IMG/VR virus record: IMGVR_UViG_3300027763_000026
DNA length: 64,000 bases
From: a virus
Strand: one strand, 5' to 3'
Shown: piece by piece, positions 48,724 to 56,853 of the stretch
Position numbering within the stretch: position 1 is the stretch's first letter
Layout of the letters: every line of letters starts with the position of its first letter
Made by a program: the position numbers and the translations under genes
The notes under the pieces: model-generated
What the model was told of the DNA's origin: nothing
The model's database searches: none
Seen by the model: only the letters and a program-made list of their open reading frames with translations

Positions 48724-49173
48724 TTACTCTACGTAACTTGCTGTTGCATCTTTGCATCCAGAAGCAATAGCGTTAAGTACCTTTACTGCAAGAGCACCAT
48801 TTCCATTTAGTCTAGCAAATTGTTGAGCATAAAGATCTTTGATTACAGTAACATAATTTGCCCAATGAGTTTTTTCTGCTGGAAGATAATCATTAAGAGC
48901 TTTTTGTAGTTGTTCTGGAGTTGGAGTATTTCCAGCTGTTAATCCTTCTACAATTGCTGCAACATGATTAATCATCTTAGCTTTTTCAATTCTATCATTA
49001 CCAGAAACTGCTTGATCAAGAACAACAGTACAAGCTAATACTACTGCTGGCTTAACATAAGGAAGAGTATTTTCAACACTTGTTGCAACATCAACTTTTC
49101 CAGTATTGGTTGTGGCACAAGCTCCAAGAAATACGCTCAAAAGAGCAACTGCGGCTAATTGTAATTTATTCAT
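48724..49173 (-). CDS. 149-aa helical lipoprotein
   Basis: MNKLQLAAVALLSVFLGA-C lipobox; ATGA overlap with holin. Confidence 0.75.
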   Translation of the reverse strand: MNKLQLAAVALLSVFLGACATTNTGKVDVATSVENTLPYVKPAVVLACTVVLDQAVSGNDRIEKAKMINHVAAIVEGLTAGNTPTPEQLQKALNDYLPAEKTHWANYVTVIKDLYAQQFARLNGNGALAVKVLNAIASGCKDATASYVE

Positions 49174-49451
49174 ATATTTTCTCCAGTTCTTTTTTCTGCT
49201 TCGATTGTTTGAGCTACTGTTCCACCAGTAACTGCTGAGTCTTTTACTGTGAGTGCAAAAACTATACCAGAAACGACGGCAACTAATTTTGAAATTCCAA
49301 TAATATAAACTTCTGCGATATCTGGAAGAAATGCTACCAATGAAGGATCAGAGTGAATTGCTATTGCAGTGGTAATTGCTACTACTGTGGTAACTCCAGA
49401 AGTGGAAGATCTCCAATTGGCGCCAAAGATTTTAGATAGCATAGTTTTCAT
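49170..49451 (-). CDS. Holin (93 aa, two TM segments)
   Basis: NWRSSTSG followed by two hydrophobic stretches and a charged C-terminus; heads the lysis cassette. Confidence 0.75.
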   Translation of the reverse strand: MKTMLSKIFGANWRSSTSGVTTVVAITTAIAIHSDPSLVAFLPDIAEVYIIGISKLVAVVSGIVFALTVKDSAVTGGTVAQTIEAEKRTGENI

Positions 49452-49457
49452 AAAGGA

Positions 49458-49463
49458 TTACAC
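49458..49463 (-). promoter_or_regulatory. GTGTAA motif (candidate late promoter)
   Basis: 6 nt upstream of holin ATG 49451. Confidence 0.65.
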
Positions 49464-49497
49464 TATATTATATAGTTATAATTTTAAAATCTAATAA

Positions 49498-50505
49498 TTA
49501 ATATTCTAAAAATACTAATGGACTTAACACGGTGCTTGATGAAACATACCACTCTCCTAATCCTATGTTTTGTGGTAAAATGGAGCGTCCAGTTTCAGCT
49601 AATATATGAGTAAGAGCTGTACTGTTTAATCCATGTAAAGTGCTAGAGCCAGTATTTATGCCAAAATGCTCTCTAAATCCGTGAGAGGCAAGTATTCTAA
49701 AAGTACTCCCTTCCCCAGTGCTAAGCATAGAAGCAACTATATATGGACCTTTATTAAAAGTTCCATTTAATTTAGTTCTATAAATTCCAGTATTAAGAAT
49801 GCTGCCAGTTATAGACCCACTAGCAATTAGTTTTGCATTTTGAAAACCATAATCTCCAGAATATATACCTATATCAATTTTTGGATCAAAGGTCGAGTAG
49901 TTTGTCATCTCAATACAAGCCACAGGATCAACAACATCCTTCTTGATTAAAAAAGGAAAATAATTTACTGTTCCAGAAGCAGTAGTATTAGTAGTAGCAC
50001 TTAGGAAATCTAACGGAGGATATCTTCTTACTCCTGTCCAAGCTGAAAATTGATCTGCAACAATATTATTAATAATTCTTCCACTAACAGTTAAATTTCC
50101 ACTAACATATAATTTAGTTGTTCCTGTATTTGGAAGTCCTCCTATGCCAACAGAATTTCCAGTTATTATAAAATCATTTCTATTAAAAGCTCCCATAACA
50201 ACTGTATTATCATCAAAAGCTTCTATGATTGGAAGACCAGCTATATCATTAACACTAAAAATAGATCCAGAAAGATTATCTGTTACAGAAAACAATCTAC
50301 CATTTACGCCATCGACACTAAATCTATCTTGACCAGATGCACTTCCTGTAACATAACTAGTTAAATTTAAACCACCAAGATTATCATAATTTAATCTTGT
50401 AGCAAAGTTGCCGCTATTAAAATTAGAATTAAATGAACTACTCCCAGCAATTCCTGTGCTAAATTCAATAAGCCCCGAATTTGGATTTATTAGTATGTTG
50501 GGCAT
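49498..50505 (-). CDS. 335-aa fibre-like protein
   Basis: RLFSVTDNLSGSIFSVNDIAGLPIIE module, VGIG...LYVSGN shaft repeat, C-terminal beta-sandwich. Confidence 0.6.
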   Translation of the reverse strand: MPNILINPNSGLIEFSTGIAGSSSFNSNFNSGNFATRLNYDNLGGLNLTSYVTGSASGQDRFSVDGVNGRLFSVTDNLSGSIFSVNDIAGLPIIEAFDDNTVVMGAFNRNDFIITGNSVGIGGLPNTGTTKLYVSGNLTVSGRIINNIVADQFSAWTGVRRYPPLDFLSATTNTTASGTVNYFPFLIKKDVVDPVACIEMTNYSTFDPKIDIGIYSGDYGFQNAKLIASGSITGSILNTGIYRTKLNGTFNKGPYIVASMLSTGEGSTFRILASHGFREHFGINTGSSTLHGLNSTALTHILAETGRSILPQNIGLGEWYVSSSTVLSPLVFLEY

Positions 50506-50514
50506 ATAGACGAA

Positions 50515-50520
50515 TTACAC
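50515..50520 (-). promoter_or_regulatory. GTGTAA motif (candidate late promoter)
   Basis: 9 nt upstream of ATG 50505. Confidence 0.65.
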
Positions 50521-51207
50521 TTATGTTAATCTAAATCGACTTTTTAGATTTTGATAATTTTGAAGAATTTGAAGTTGAGATAACTCTGTGTTATGCATAG
50601 AAAGATGACCCAATATAAGACTAGTTGAAGTACCATTTAATGTACTATTAAATGCAAAAGAATTTGCTGTTGGAGCAATTAATGTTGCACCAGCTTGAGA
50701 AGCTAATAAAATTCCATTTTTATATATTCTTGCTGTTCCTGTAGAAGAATTAAATGAAATAGTAACGTAAAATGGATTAGGACTAACTAAAAATGTATTA
50801 GATGGAGATTCAAAATAAAAATTTCCACCACTTTCACTTGACCAAAAAGCTAATTTATTATTAGTAAAACCACATCTAAATCCATTAGTATTATAAACTT
50901 CACTTCCGATAAACCATGATTGATTTGGCCCAGTTACAGAAATTAATTCAATAAAAAGATTAATTGTAAAAGTGTTTGTTATTCCAAGGCTTGGAAATGA
51001 ACTTCCAGTAAAACCATTTCCAGAACTATATGTTAATGATCCATTATATTTATTAGAATAAGTCCCTGATCCTATGCCTCCTATATATTTTTTTGTAATA
51101 CCATCGTATAAATTACTTGATCCAACAATATAAGTATATCTATTAGATATATCTAAAGATAAAACCATACCATTTGTGACTAAATCTGTTCCACCTGATG
51201 CGCTCAT
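50521..51207 (-). CDS. LamG/ConA-like lectin domain protein (228 aa)
   Basis: LVTNGMVLSLD...ARIYKNG...ELSQLQILQNYQNLKSRF. Confidence 0.8.
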   Translation of the reverse strand: MSASGGTDLVTNGMVLSLDISNRYTYIVGSSNLYDGITKKYIGGIGSGTYSNKYNGSLTYSSGNGFTGSSFPSLGITNTFTINLFIELISVTGPNQSWFIGSEVYNTNGFRCGFTNNKLAFWSSESGGNFYFESPSNTFLVSPNPFYVTISFNSSTGTARIYKNGILLASQAGATLIAPTANSFAFNSTLNGTSTSLILGHLSMHNTELSQLQILQNYQNLKSRFRLT

Positions 51208-51869
51208 AAATTAAATCTTCTTTTCAAAGTAGTGTAGTTTTGAAAAACTTCTGTTTGTGATAATACTCTATTATAAATTCTGTAAATACTTCCATTACCG
51301 TTAAAATAAGCGGAATTGGCCCATCTACCAATTAAAATACTGCCTGTGCCAATAAAAGAACCAATACTGCCTGTTCCTTGTAGTATGCCATTTTTAAATA
51401 TTTGACATAAATTATTTGTTACATTATAAGTAAAAACTATTTGATACCAATTGTTAATTTCTACTGTTCCTGTACCAAAATCAGAACCAAAATGACCTTG
51501 GTATATTTCTGCACTTCTAAAAACTAAATGAAGACCTTGTCTGCCACCAATAGCATCTGTTCCGAACATTGTTTTATCACCATCTAAAGCTTTTAGGTAA
51601 ACCCAAGCTTCCATAGTATAACTTGCATCATAAAATCCTAATTGTGCAGATGTTTTTTGGGTATCTACAAAATTATTTGTACCATTAAACATAATAGTTC
51701 CGCCATTTAAAGAACTAAAAGTTGGACTATTTGTAAGTATTGCATGATTATTTTTTCCACTTAAATCGCGCCAAACTGTTCCACTTCCAGAATAGCTTTT
51801 CTTATTAGCTGCATCTAAGCACAGCGCTAACCCATCAGTAACTATTTTAGGAGAATGATGAAGGCTCAT
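51204..51869 (-). CDS. LamG/ConA-like lectin domain protein (221 aa; start revised to ATG 51869)
   Basis: MSLHHSPKIVTDGLALCLDAANKKSYSGSGTVWRDLSG...YNRVLSQTEVFQNY; ATGA overlap with upstream gene. Confidence 0.88.
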   Translation of the reverse strand: MSLHHSPKIVTDGLALCLDAANKKSYSGSGTVWRDLSGKNNHAILTNSPTFSSLNGGTIMFNGTNNFVDTQKTSAQLGFYDASYTMEAWVYLKALDGDKTMFGTDAIGGRQGLHLVFRSAEIYQGHFGSDFGTGTVEINNWYQIVFTYNVTNNLCQIFKNGILQGTGSIGSFIGTGSILIGRWANSAYFNGNGSIYRIYNRVLSQTEVFQNYTTLKRRFNL

Positions 51870-52456
51870 ATAAAATAAATATTTTTTAATGTAGTTAATG
51901 CAGATGCTCCTGTATCTGTGCAAGATTTAACCACTAGTATTCCAGCCGGATTATTTTTAATATTTTTTGTTCTTATCATTTTAAATTTTCTATACTGTGT
52001 TATATTTTGATTGCCCCAATTTGCTGCTGCATCGCCGCAGTTATAAACATATTGACCTGGATTAGTAATTACGACTGTTGGTAATTCATAAGTATATTTA
52101 AAATCATATACTCGGTCTTTATTCGAAGCGCTAAAACCTAATAAATTATTTAAACTTGTAAAACCTAATGGTATAGACATACCAGAATCAAGAGCTGTAC
52201 CGCTTCCTATTGACCAACATCCTACGTCACCAAGAAAATTAAATTCTATTTCTATTCTATCATATTGAATTTCATTTTTAAATTCTACAGCAAAAGAACT
52301 TGGAATTCCGCCACATCCATAATTATCTGCCCTAAAAGTTAACTCTAGTCCACCATCTTTATCTCCATTAAATAAAACTGTACTACCGACTGTACCGATT
52401 CTATTTACATCAGAAAACTTAACGCGTCTTTTGACTTTTCCGTATTGAGTTGCCAT
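51866..52456 (-). CDS. 196-aa hypothetical beta-rich protein
   Basis: Co-oriented, tightly packed ORF. Confidence 0.6.
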   Translation of the reverse strand: MATQYGKVKRRVKFSDVNRIGTVGSTVLFNGDKDGGLELTFRADNYGCGGIPSSFAVEFKNEIQYDRIEIEFNFLGDVGCWSIGSGTALDSGMSIPLGFTSLNNLLGFSASNKDRVYDFKYTYELPTVVITNPGQYVYNCGDAAANWGNQNITQYRKFKMIRTKNIKNNPAGILVVKSCTDTGASALTTLKNIYFI

Positions 52457-52457
52457 A

Positions 52458-55148
52458 TTAAAACTCTACGGTTAATTTAGGAATATCTTTTCTTTCTCCG
52501 TATACTGTATAAAAATAATCATTTCCGTTGTTACCATCTACAACTATTCTTTTATTATTGTATTCAAAAACATAAATATTAGAGAATGCATCCATTGGCG
52601 TTAAATTAACTGAAATACTATTCTCGTCAACTAAAGATGCCCAGTAATCTGGAAGGTCGATTATATTCCTATTAGTTTTTCCTCTTACGAATACCCCGTG
52701 CTCTGGACCTTCTAAACTGCCGTATTGGAGTTTTTTACCAACTTGCGTTGGGTGATCTATTAAGAATGATTTAGAAGCTGCAGAAAGGTGACCAGTTATT
52801 GTTGTATTACCACTTACCGTAAGATCTCCTTGTAAAATGCTATTTCCACTAACATAAAATCTACTCGGCACAGAAGATATGCCACTACCAATACCAAAGT
52901 TACCATTTGAATCTAATAAAACTCTATTTGCATTTGCTCCACCACCTATAAATCTAACACTTCTTGTTCCTCCTCCACCATAATAAAAATCAAAATTATC
53001 ATCTCCTCTACTTCCGATATTAGAAGAATAAATATAATTAGAAAATAAAGCCCCAGCATTTCCATTCGTAGTAGGATCAAAAGATACCGAAGTATGATTA
53101 TTAGGAGATTTCAAAATAAAAGGTGCTCCTAACCCACTTATAACAAGTCCTCCAGCGGTAATATTTCCTGTTCCAATATCTATAGTTGCAGATGGACTAA
53201 CTACATTAACTCCTAATTTTCCACTAACAATATTAATATATGATTCATTTGTAGCGCCAATTCTAACGCTATCTGTATTATAATTCTCTTGATGAGCTCC
53301 ATAAGCATGACTATTAAAACCATAAGCTTTATTATTAAATCCAAGAGCAGAAGTTGATCCGCTCTCTACTCTATTCAATCCTCCGACAGCAACTCTTGTA
53401 ATAACTCCTGCTGGAACATTTAATACGCTTGCATCAACATTTCTAAATCCTGCGAAAACATTATGCGCCCAATAATTTCTATGAACTGCATCTGATGCTC
53501 CACGATAAATCTGCATTCCAGTAATAAGATCTTCTGAACTTATAAAACCACTTCCAGTAGTTAATGGTGGATTATGAAAAGCTCCAGGTCTTCCAACCCC
53601 ACCTAAAGATCCAAAGTTCATTAAAGAAAGAGTAATTTCTAATCCAGTAGAACTTAAAACTTTTGAAACATATCCGTCATATCTTGCTTGTGTTAATGTA
53701 ATTCCAGAAGCTATAAAAGTTCCTGCTCCTCTATTAAAAACATCTACTACAACACTTTCACCAGTATATCCTGTGATTGGAGATCTATAAAAAACATTAA
53801 ATTGATCTAAATATTGACCACTATTTCTTTCTATTCTAGTAATTCCAGTAAAAGCATTTGATGTTGTAGTTCTAGTTAATGTCCAAGCGTCTGTTTGAGT
53901 TGACGTACCTTTTTGCGCTGAATTAAAATTATTATTGATTCCTAAAGCGCCAAGAGCAATTCCAACTTTATAAACGTTTGTTGAGCCATATGTTGGATCA
54001 AGTCCAGTAGCTCTTGTTACAACTGTTCCATTATAAGTATTAGCGACAATTCCAGCAACTCCAGGAAATACTCTTAGATAAACTGTATCTCCAGTTGCAT
54101 GTAAATATTGAGAAGTTGCTTGGCTATTTACTGCGTAACCTAATTCTACTAAACCTGTTCCTGGAGGTGTTACTACCGTTGTGCCAGTTGTTGTTAAATA
54201 CAATTCTGTGAGATTAGAAGTAGGGAATGTTTGATCACCCGCACCTTTTGCTTCTAATGTTGTTAAGTGAATTAAATCTCTTAGGTTGTCGTTTCCATTT
54301 GGTCTTGTTGTAGGAGAAAATTGATAGCTTTTATAATTTGTATTTGTATCTGTTGAGTACCTGCCGTTAAATGATCCTGGATTATTAGGTCCAGCTGAAA
54401 AAAATAAGTGAAAATGATCTGAAGCGCTTGTAAAATTATTGCTTCCTGCATCTAGTGATAAACCATGAACCAATCTTCCTCGACCTTCAATATTTAATGG
54501 AGTATTTGGGTCAACTCCACTATTTAAAGCATATGTAAATCCTGCTCCCAATGAAGAAGTTACATTAGTATTAATTCTAACTATTCCACTTTGACTATTT
54601 ATATTTAATCCAGTGCCAAGATCAAATGCTCTTCCAGATGGCTCTATTCTAAATAAATCAAATATTTTATTTCCACTAATGGTTTGATTACCAGTTGTAT
54701 AAACTACAGTATTTGGCAAATTTCCAGCTTCACCACTTAATAAAACTCCAGTGCCATTTACTGTTGGGCGATTTGTTAGAGTTACATTCCCACTTGTTAT
54801 AGCTATATCTACTCCAGAAAGACTTAGATTATCAATGTTATTTAAATCAATAGCATTAAAAATCCCAGTTCCAGAAACTTGAATATTATTAGCAAAAGTT
54901 TTAATCCCAGATATAGTTTGATTTCCTGTGGTATAAACAATTGAATTTGGAGATCCAGTAAATACAGGATTTCCATTTACAAAAAGTCCACTAGTAAAAT
55001 TACCACTCCCGTAGACTGTAAAATTATTTCCAGAAATAACTAAAAAATCACCTTGCGCCGAGTCGCCAAATGTCGTATCTTGAGCAAAATTTTTGACCCC
55101 AGATATAGTTTGATTGCCTTGATCTGTTATGTGAATTGTTGTTGGCAT
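52458..55148 (-). CDS. 896-aa fibre protein with conserved C-terminal KSFLIDHP...EGPE domain
   Basis: Three GNQTISG knuckles, RPTVNGTGVLL motif, C-terminal KSFLIDHPTQVGKKLQYGSLEGPE...LPDYW. Confidence 0.75.
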   Translation of the reverse strand: MPTTIHITDQGNQTISGVKNFAQDTTFGDSAQGDFLVISGNNFTVYGSGNFTSGLFVNGNPVFTGSPNSIVYTTGNQTISGIKTFANNIQVSGTGIFNAIDLNNIDNLSLSGVDIAITSGNVTLTNRPTVNGTGVLLSGEAGNLPNTVVYTTGNQTISGNKIFDLFRIEPSGRAFDLGTGLNINSQSGIVRINTNVTSSLGAGFTYALNSGVDPNTPLNIEGRGRLVHGLSLDAGSNNFTSASDHFHLFFSAGPNNPGSFNGRYSTDTNTNYKSYQFSPTTRPNGNDNLRDLIHLTTLEAKGAGDQTFPTSNLTELYLTTTGTTVVTPPGTGLVELGYAVNSQATSQYLHATGDTVYLRVFPGVAGIVANTYNGTVVTRATGLDPTYGSTNVYKVGIALGALGINNNFNSAQKGTSTQTDAWTLTRTTTSNAFTGITRIERNSGQYLDQFNVFYRSPITGYTGESVVVDVFNRGAGTFIASGITLTQARYDGYVSKVLSSTGLEITLSLMNFGSLGGVGRPGAFHNPPLTTGSGFISSEDLITGMQIYRGASDAVHRNYWAHNVFAGFRNVDASVLNVPAGVITRVAVGGLNRVESGSTSALGFNNKAYGFNSHAYGAHQENYNTDSVRIGATNESYINIVSGKLGVNVVSPSATIDIGTGNITAGGLVISGLGAPFILKSPNNHTSVSFDPTTNGNAGALFSNYIYSSNIGSRGDDNFDFYYGGGGTRSVRFIGGGANANRVLLDSNGNFGIGSGISSVPSRFYVSGNSILQGDLTVSGNTTITGHLSAASKSFLIDHPTQVGKKLQYGSLEGPEHGVFVRGKTNRNIIDLPDYWASLVDENSISVNLTPMDAFSNIYVFEYNNKRIVVDGNNGNDYFYTVYGERKDIPKLTVEF

Positions 55149-55184
55149 ATTATTGGTTTTCTAATTGAATTTTCTTATCTTGTA

Positions 55185-55190
55185 TTACAC
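55185..55190 (-). promoter_or_regulatory. GTGTAA motif (candidate late promoter)
   Basis: 36 nt upstream of ATG 55148. Confidence 0.6.
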
Positions 55191-55241
55191 TATGTAATTT
55201 GGGGTTATTTTTAATGAAATTAAATATGTTTTTCATAAGTT

Positions 55242-56777
55242 TTATGCTGTTGGATCAGTTACTACTAGTTGGTCACTACTGTTGAAATATCTTAATCTCA
55301 TAGAGTTTGCTGAATTTTTAAATAGTGTTGTGTTGTAAGAGTTGTATACATGTGTTGAAGATGAAAAATCAATACTATAAAAATTACTTTCAGATGTGTT
55401 AGCGTTAAAACTGTTGCGAATAGTGTTAAACGCGAAACCGATGCCAATAGTGTTAGCGTTAAAACCGTTGCCAATAGTGTTAGCGTTAAAACTGTTGCCA
55501 ATAGTGTTAGAGTGGAAATTGTTGCCAATAGTGTTAGAGTAGAAAAGGTTGCCAATAGTGTTAGAGTAGAAATTGTTGCCAATAGTGTTAGAGTTAAAAC
55601 TGTTGCTAATAAAGTCGGAACCGTTACTAATAGTGTTAGACTTGAAATCGTTGCTAATAGTGTTAGAGTAGAAATTGTTGCCAATAGTGTTATAGGAGAA
55701 AAAGTCGCCAATAGCGTTAGCGTTAAAACCGTTGCCAATAGTGTTAGCGTTAAAACCGTTGCCAATAGTGTTAGCGTTAAAACTGTTGCCAATAGTGTTA
55801 GAGTGGAAATTGTTGCCAATTATCACATTACTATAGCCACCTTCTATTTTTATATTTTTTACATCATTTAATGTAAAAGTTCCTAATCCAGTAAGAGTAG
55901 AAGTAAAAGTTGGTTGTTGAATTCTTGAAGAGGTTAAAGCTGGTAAATTTATAATAAAATCTCCAAGGTTTGCATCATCATAAAGCGCTCTAAATCCATA
56001 ACTTTCATCTGTGCTAAAAAAAGTCCCACTCTCAACAAAATTTGATACTGGATGCCAAAAATTAGTATTACTTAAAGCATTTCCGCTATTGCCTGTAACA
56101 AGTGAATAATACAACTTGCCGCGATTGCTATTATTACCAGTTTCTTTAACATAATCTAATCTAGAGTATTGATGATTACTGGAATAGCTTGGCACAGAAA
56201 TAATATTTGGCTTGCAACAATTAACCGTTATGTTTCTCCAATCATAGGGTATATCAATGTTCAGAAGATTATCTACTCTTCTATAAATCCAGCCCTTGAA
56301 ATCTGATATAGCTAAATTATTATTAATTTCGCCCCAAGAATAAGAACTACGTGCATCTATATTGTAATAAATTGTATCTTGAGGATAAATTTCTGATTGC
56401 GCTAAGTGATATATTTGTTTATTAGAAATAGCAGTAACAATTAGAGGTTCTCCAGAAGCTGCTGTTCTGACTGTTGAATCATTGATTGATTGATTTCTCC
56501 ATTTGAGAACAAAATCTGAAATTCTATATAATTGACCGCTCAATAATCCGCTAATAGCTTTTAAGCCTGTTAAGTTTGAATATGTGGTATTTAAAATTTG
56601 ATTTGGTGCAGGCAAATCATCGCCAATTAATAATACGCCACTTCCATTTACAAAAGGTCTTTTATTAAAAGTTTTAATTCCACTAATAATCTCATCGCCA
56701 ATTAAACCTACTGTTCTTAGGGTTTGTCTTATCCCTGATAATTGCAGATCTGATGCTGTCGTTAGTTCTAATGACAT
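55242..56777 (-). CDS. 511-aa fibre-associated protein with C-terminal 9-aa beta-helix repeats
   Basis: GDEIISGIKTF/RPFVNGSGVLL N-terminus; 16 IGNxFxxNT units. Confidence 0.7.
   Translation of the reverse strand: MSLELTTASDLQLSGIRQTLRTVGLIGDEIISGIKTFNKRPFVNGSGVLLIGDDLPAPNQILNTTYSNLTGLKAISGLLSGQLYRISDFVLKWRNQSINDSTVRTAASGEPLIVTAISNKQIYHLAQSEIYPQDTIYYNIDARSSYSWGEINNNLAISDFKGWIYRRVDNLLNIDIPYDWRNITVNCCKPNIISVPSYSSNHQYSRLDYVKETGNNSNRGKLYYSLVTGNSGNALSNTNFWHPVSNFVESGTFFSTDESYGFRALYDDANLGDFIINLPALTSSRIQQPTFTSTLTGLGTFTLNDVKNIKIEGGYSNVIIGNNFHSNTIGNSFNANTIGNGFNANTIGNGFNANAIGDFFSYNTIGNNFYSNTISNDFKSNTISNGSDFISNSFNSNTIGNNFYSNTIGNLFYSNTIGNNFHSNTIGNSFNANTIGNGFNANTIGIGFAFNTIRNSFNANTSESNFYSIDFSSSTHVYNSYNTTLFKNSANSMRLRYFNSSDQLVVTDPTA
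55395..55820 (-). repeat. Sixteen 27-nt tandem units (one 21 nt), consensus ATT GGC AAC NNT TTY NNC NNT AAC ACT
   Basis: Read directly from the sequence; units 1-3 are repeated as units 12-14. Confidence 0.95.
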
Positions 56778-56789
56778 ATTATAAAATAA

Positions 56790-56795
56790 TTACAC
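56790..56795 (-). promoter_or_regulatory. GTGTAA motif (candidate late promoter)
   Basis: 12 nt upstream of ATG 56777. Confidence 0.65.
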
Positions 56796-56853
56796 CTATT
56801 ATTTAGGTAATTTAATTTGTTTTATTTTTTATCTAACCCAATTAATCTATTAA

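Noticed and set aside
39190-55120. Duplicated 150-bp module read as a DGR template/variable pair
   Set aside because: Both copies are coding, differences are almost all synonymous third positions and not adenine-specific.
55395-55820. CRISPR-like appearance of regularly spaced short repeats
   Set aside because: Units are contiguous, in frame and have no unique spacers; no cas genes.
55298-55871. Overlapping ORFs 55298-55819 (-) and 55512-55871 (+)
   Set aside because: By-products of the stop-free 27-nt repeat; no independent start signals and the translations are purely repetitive.
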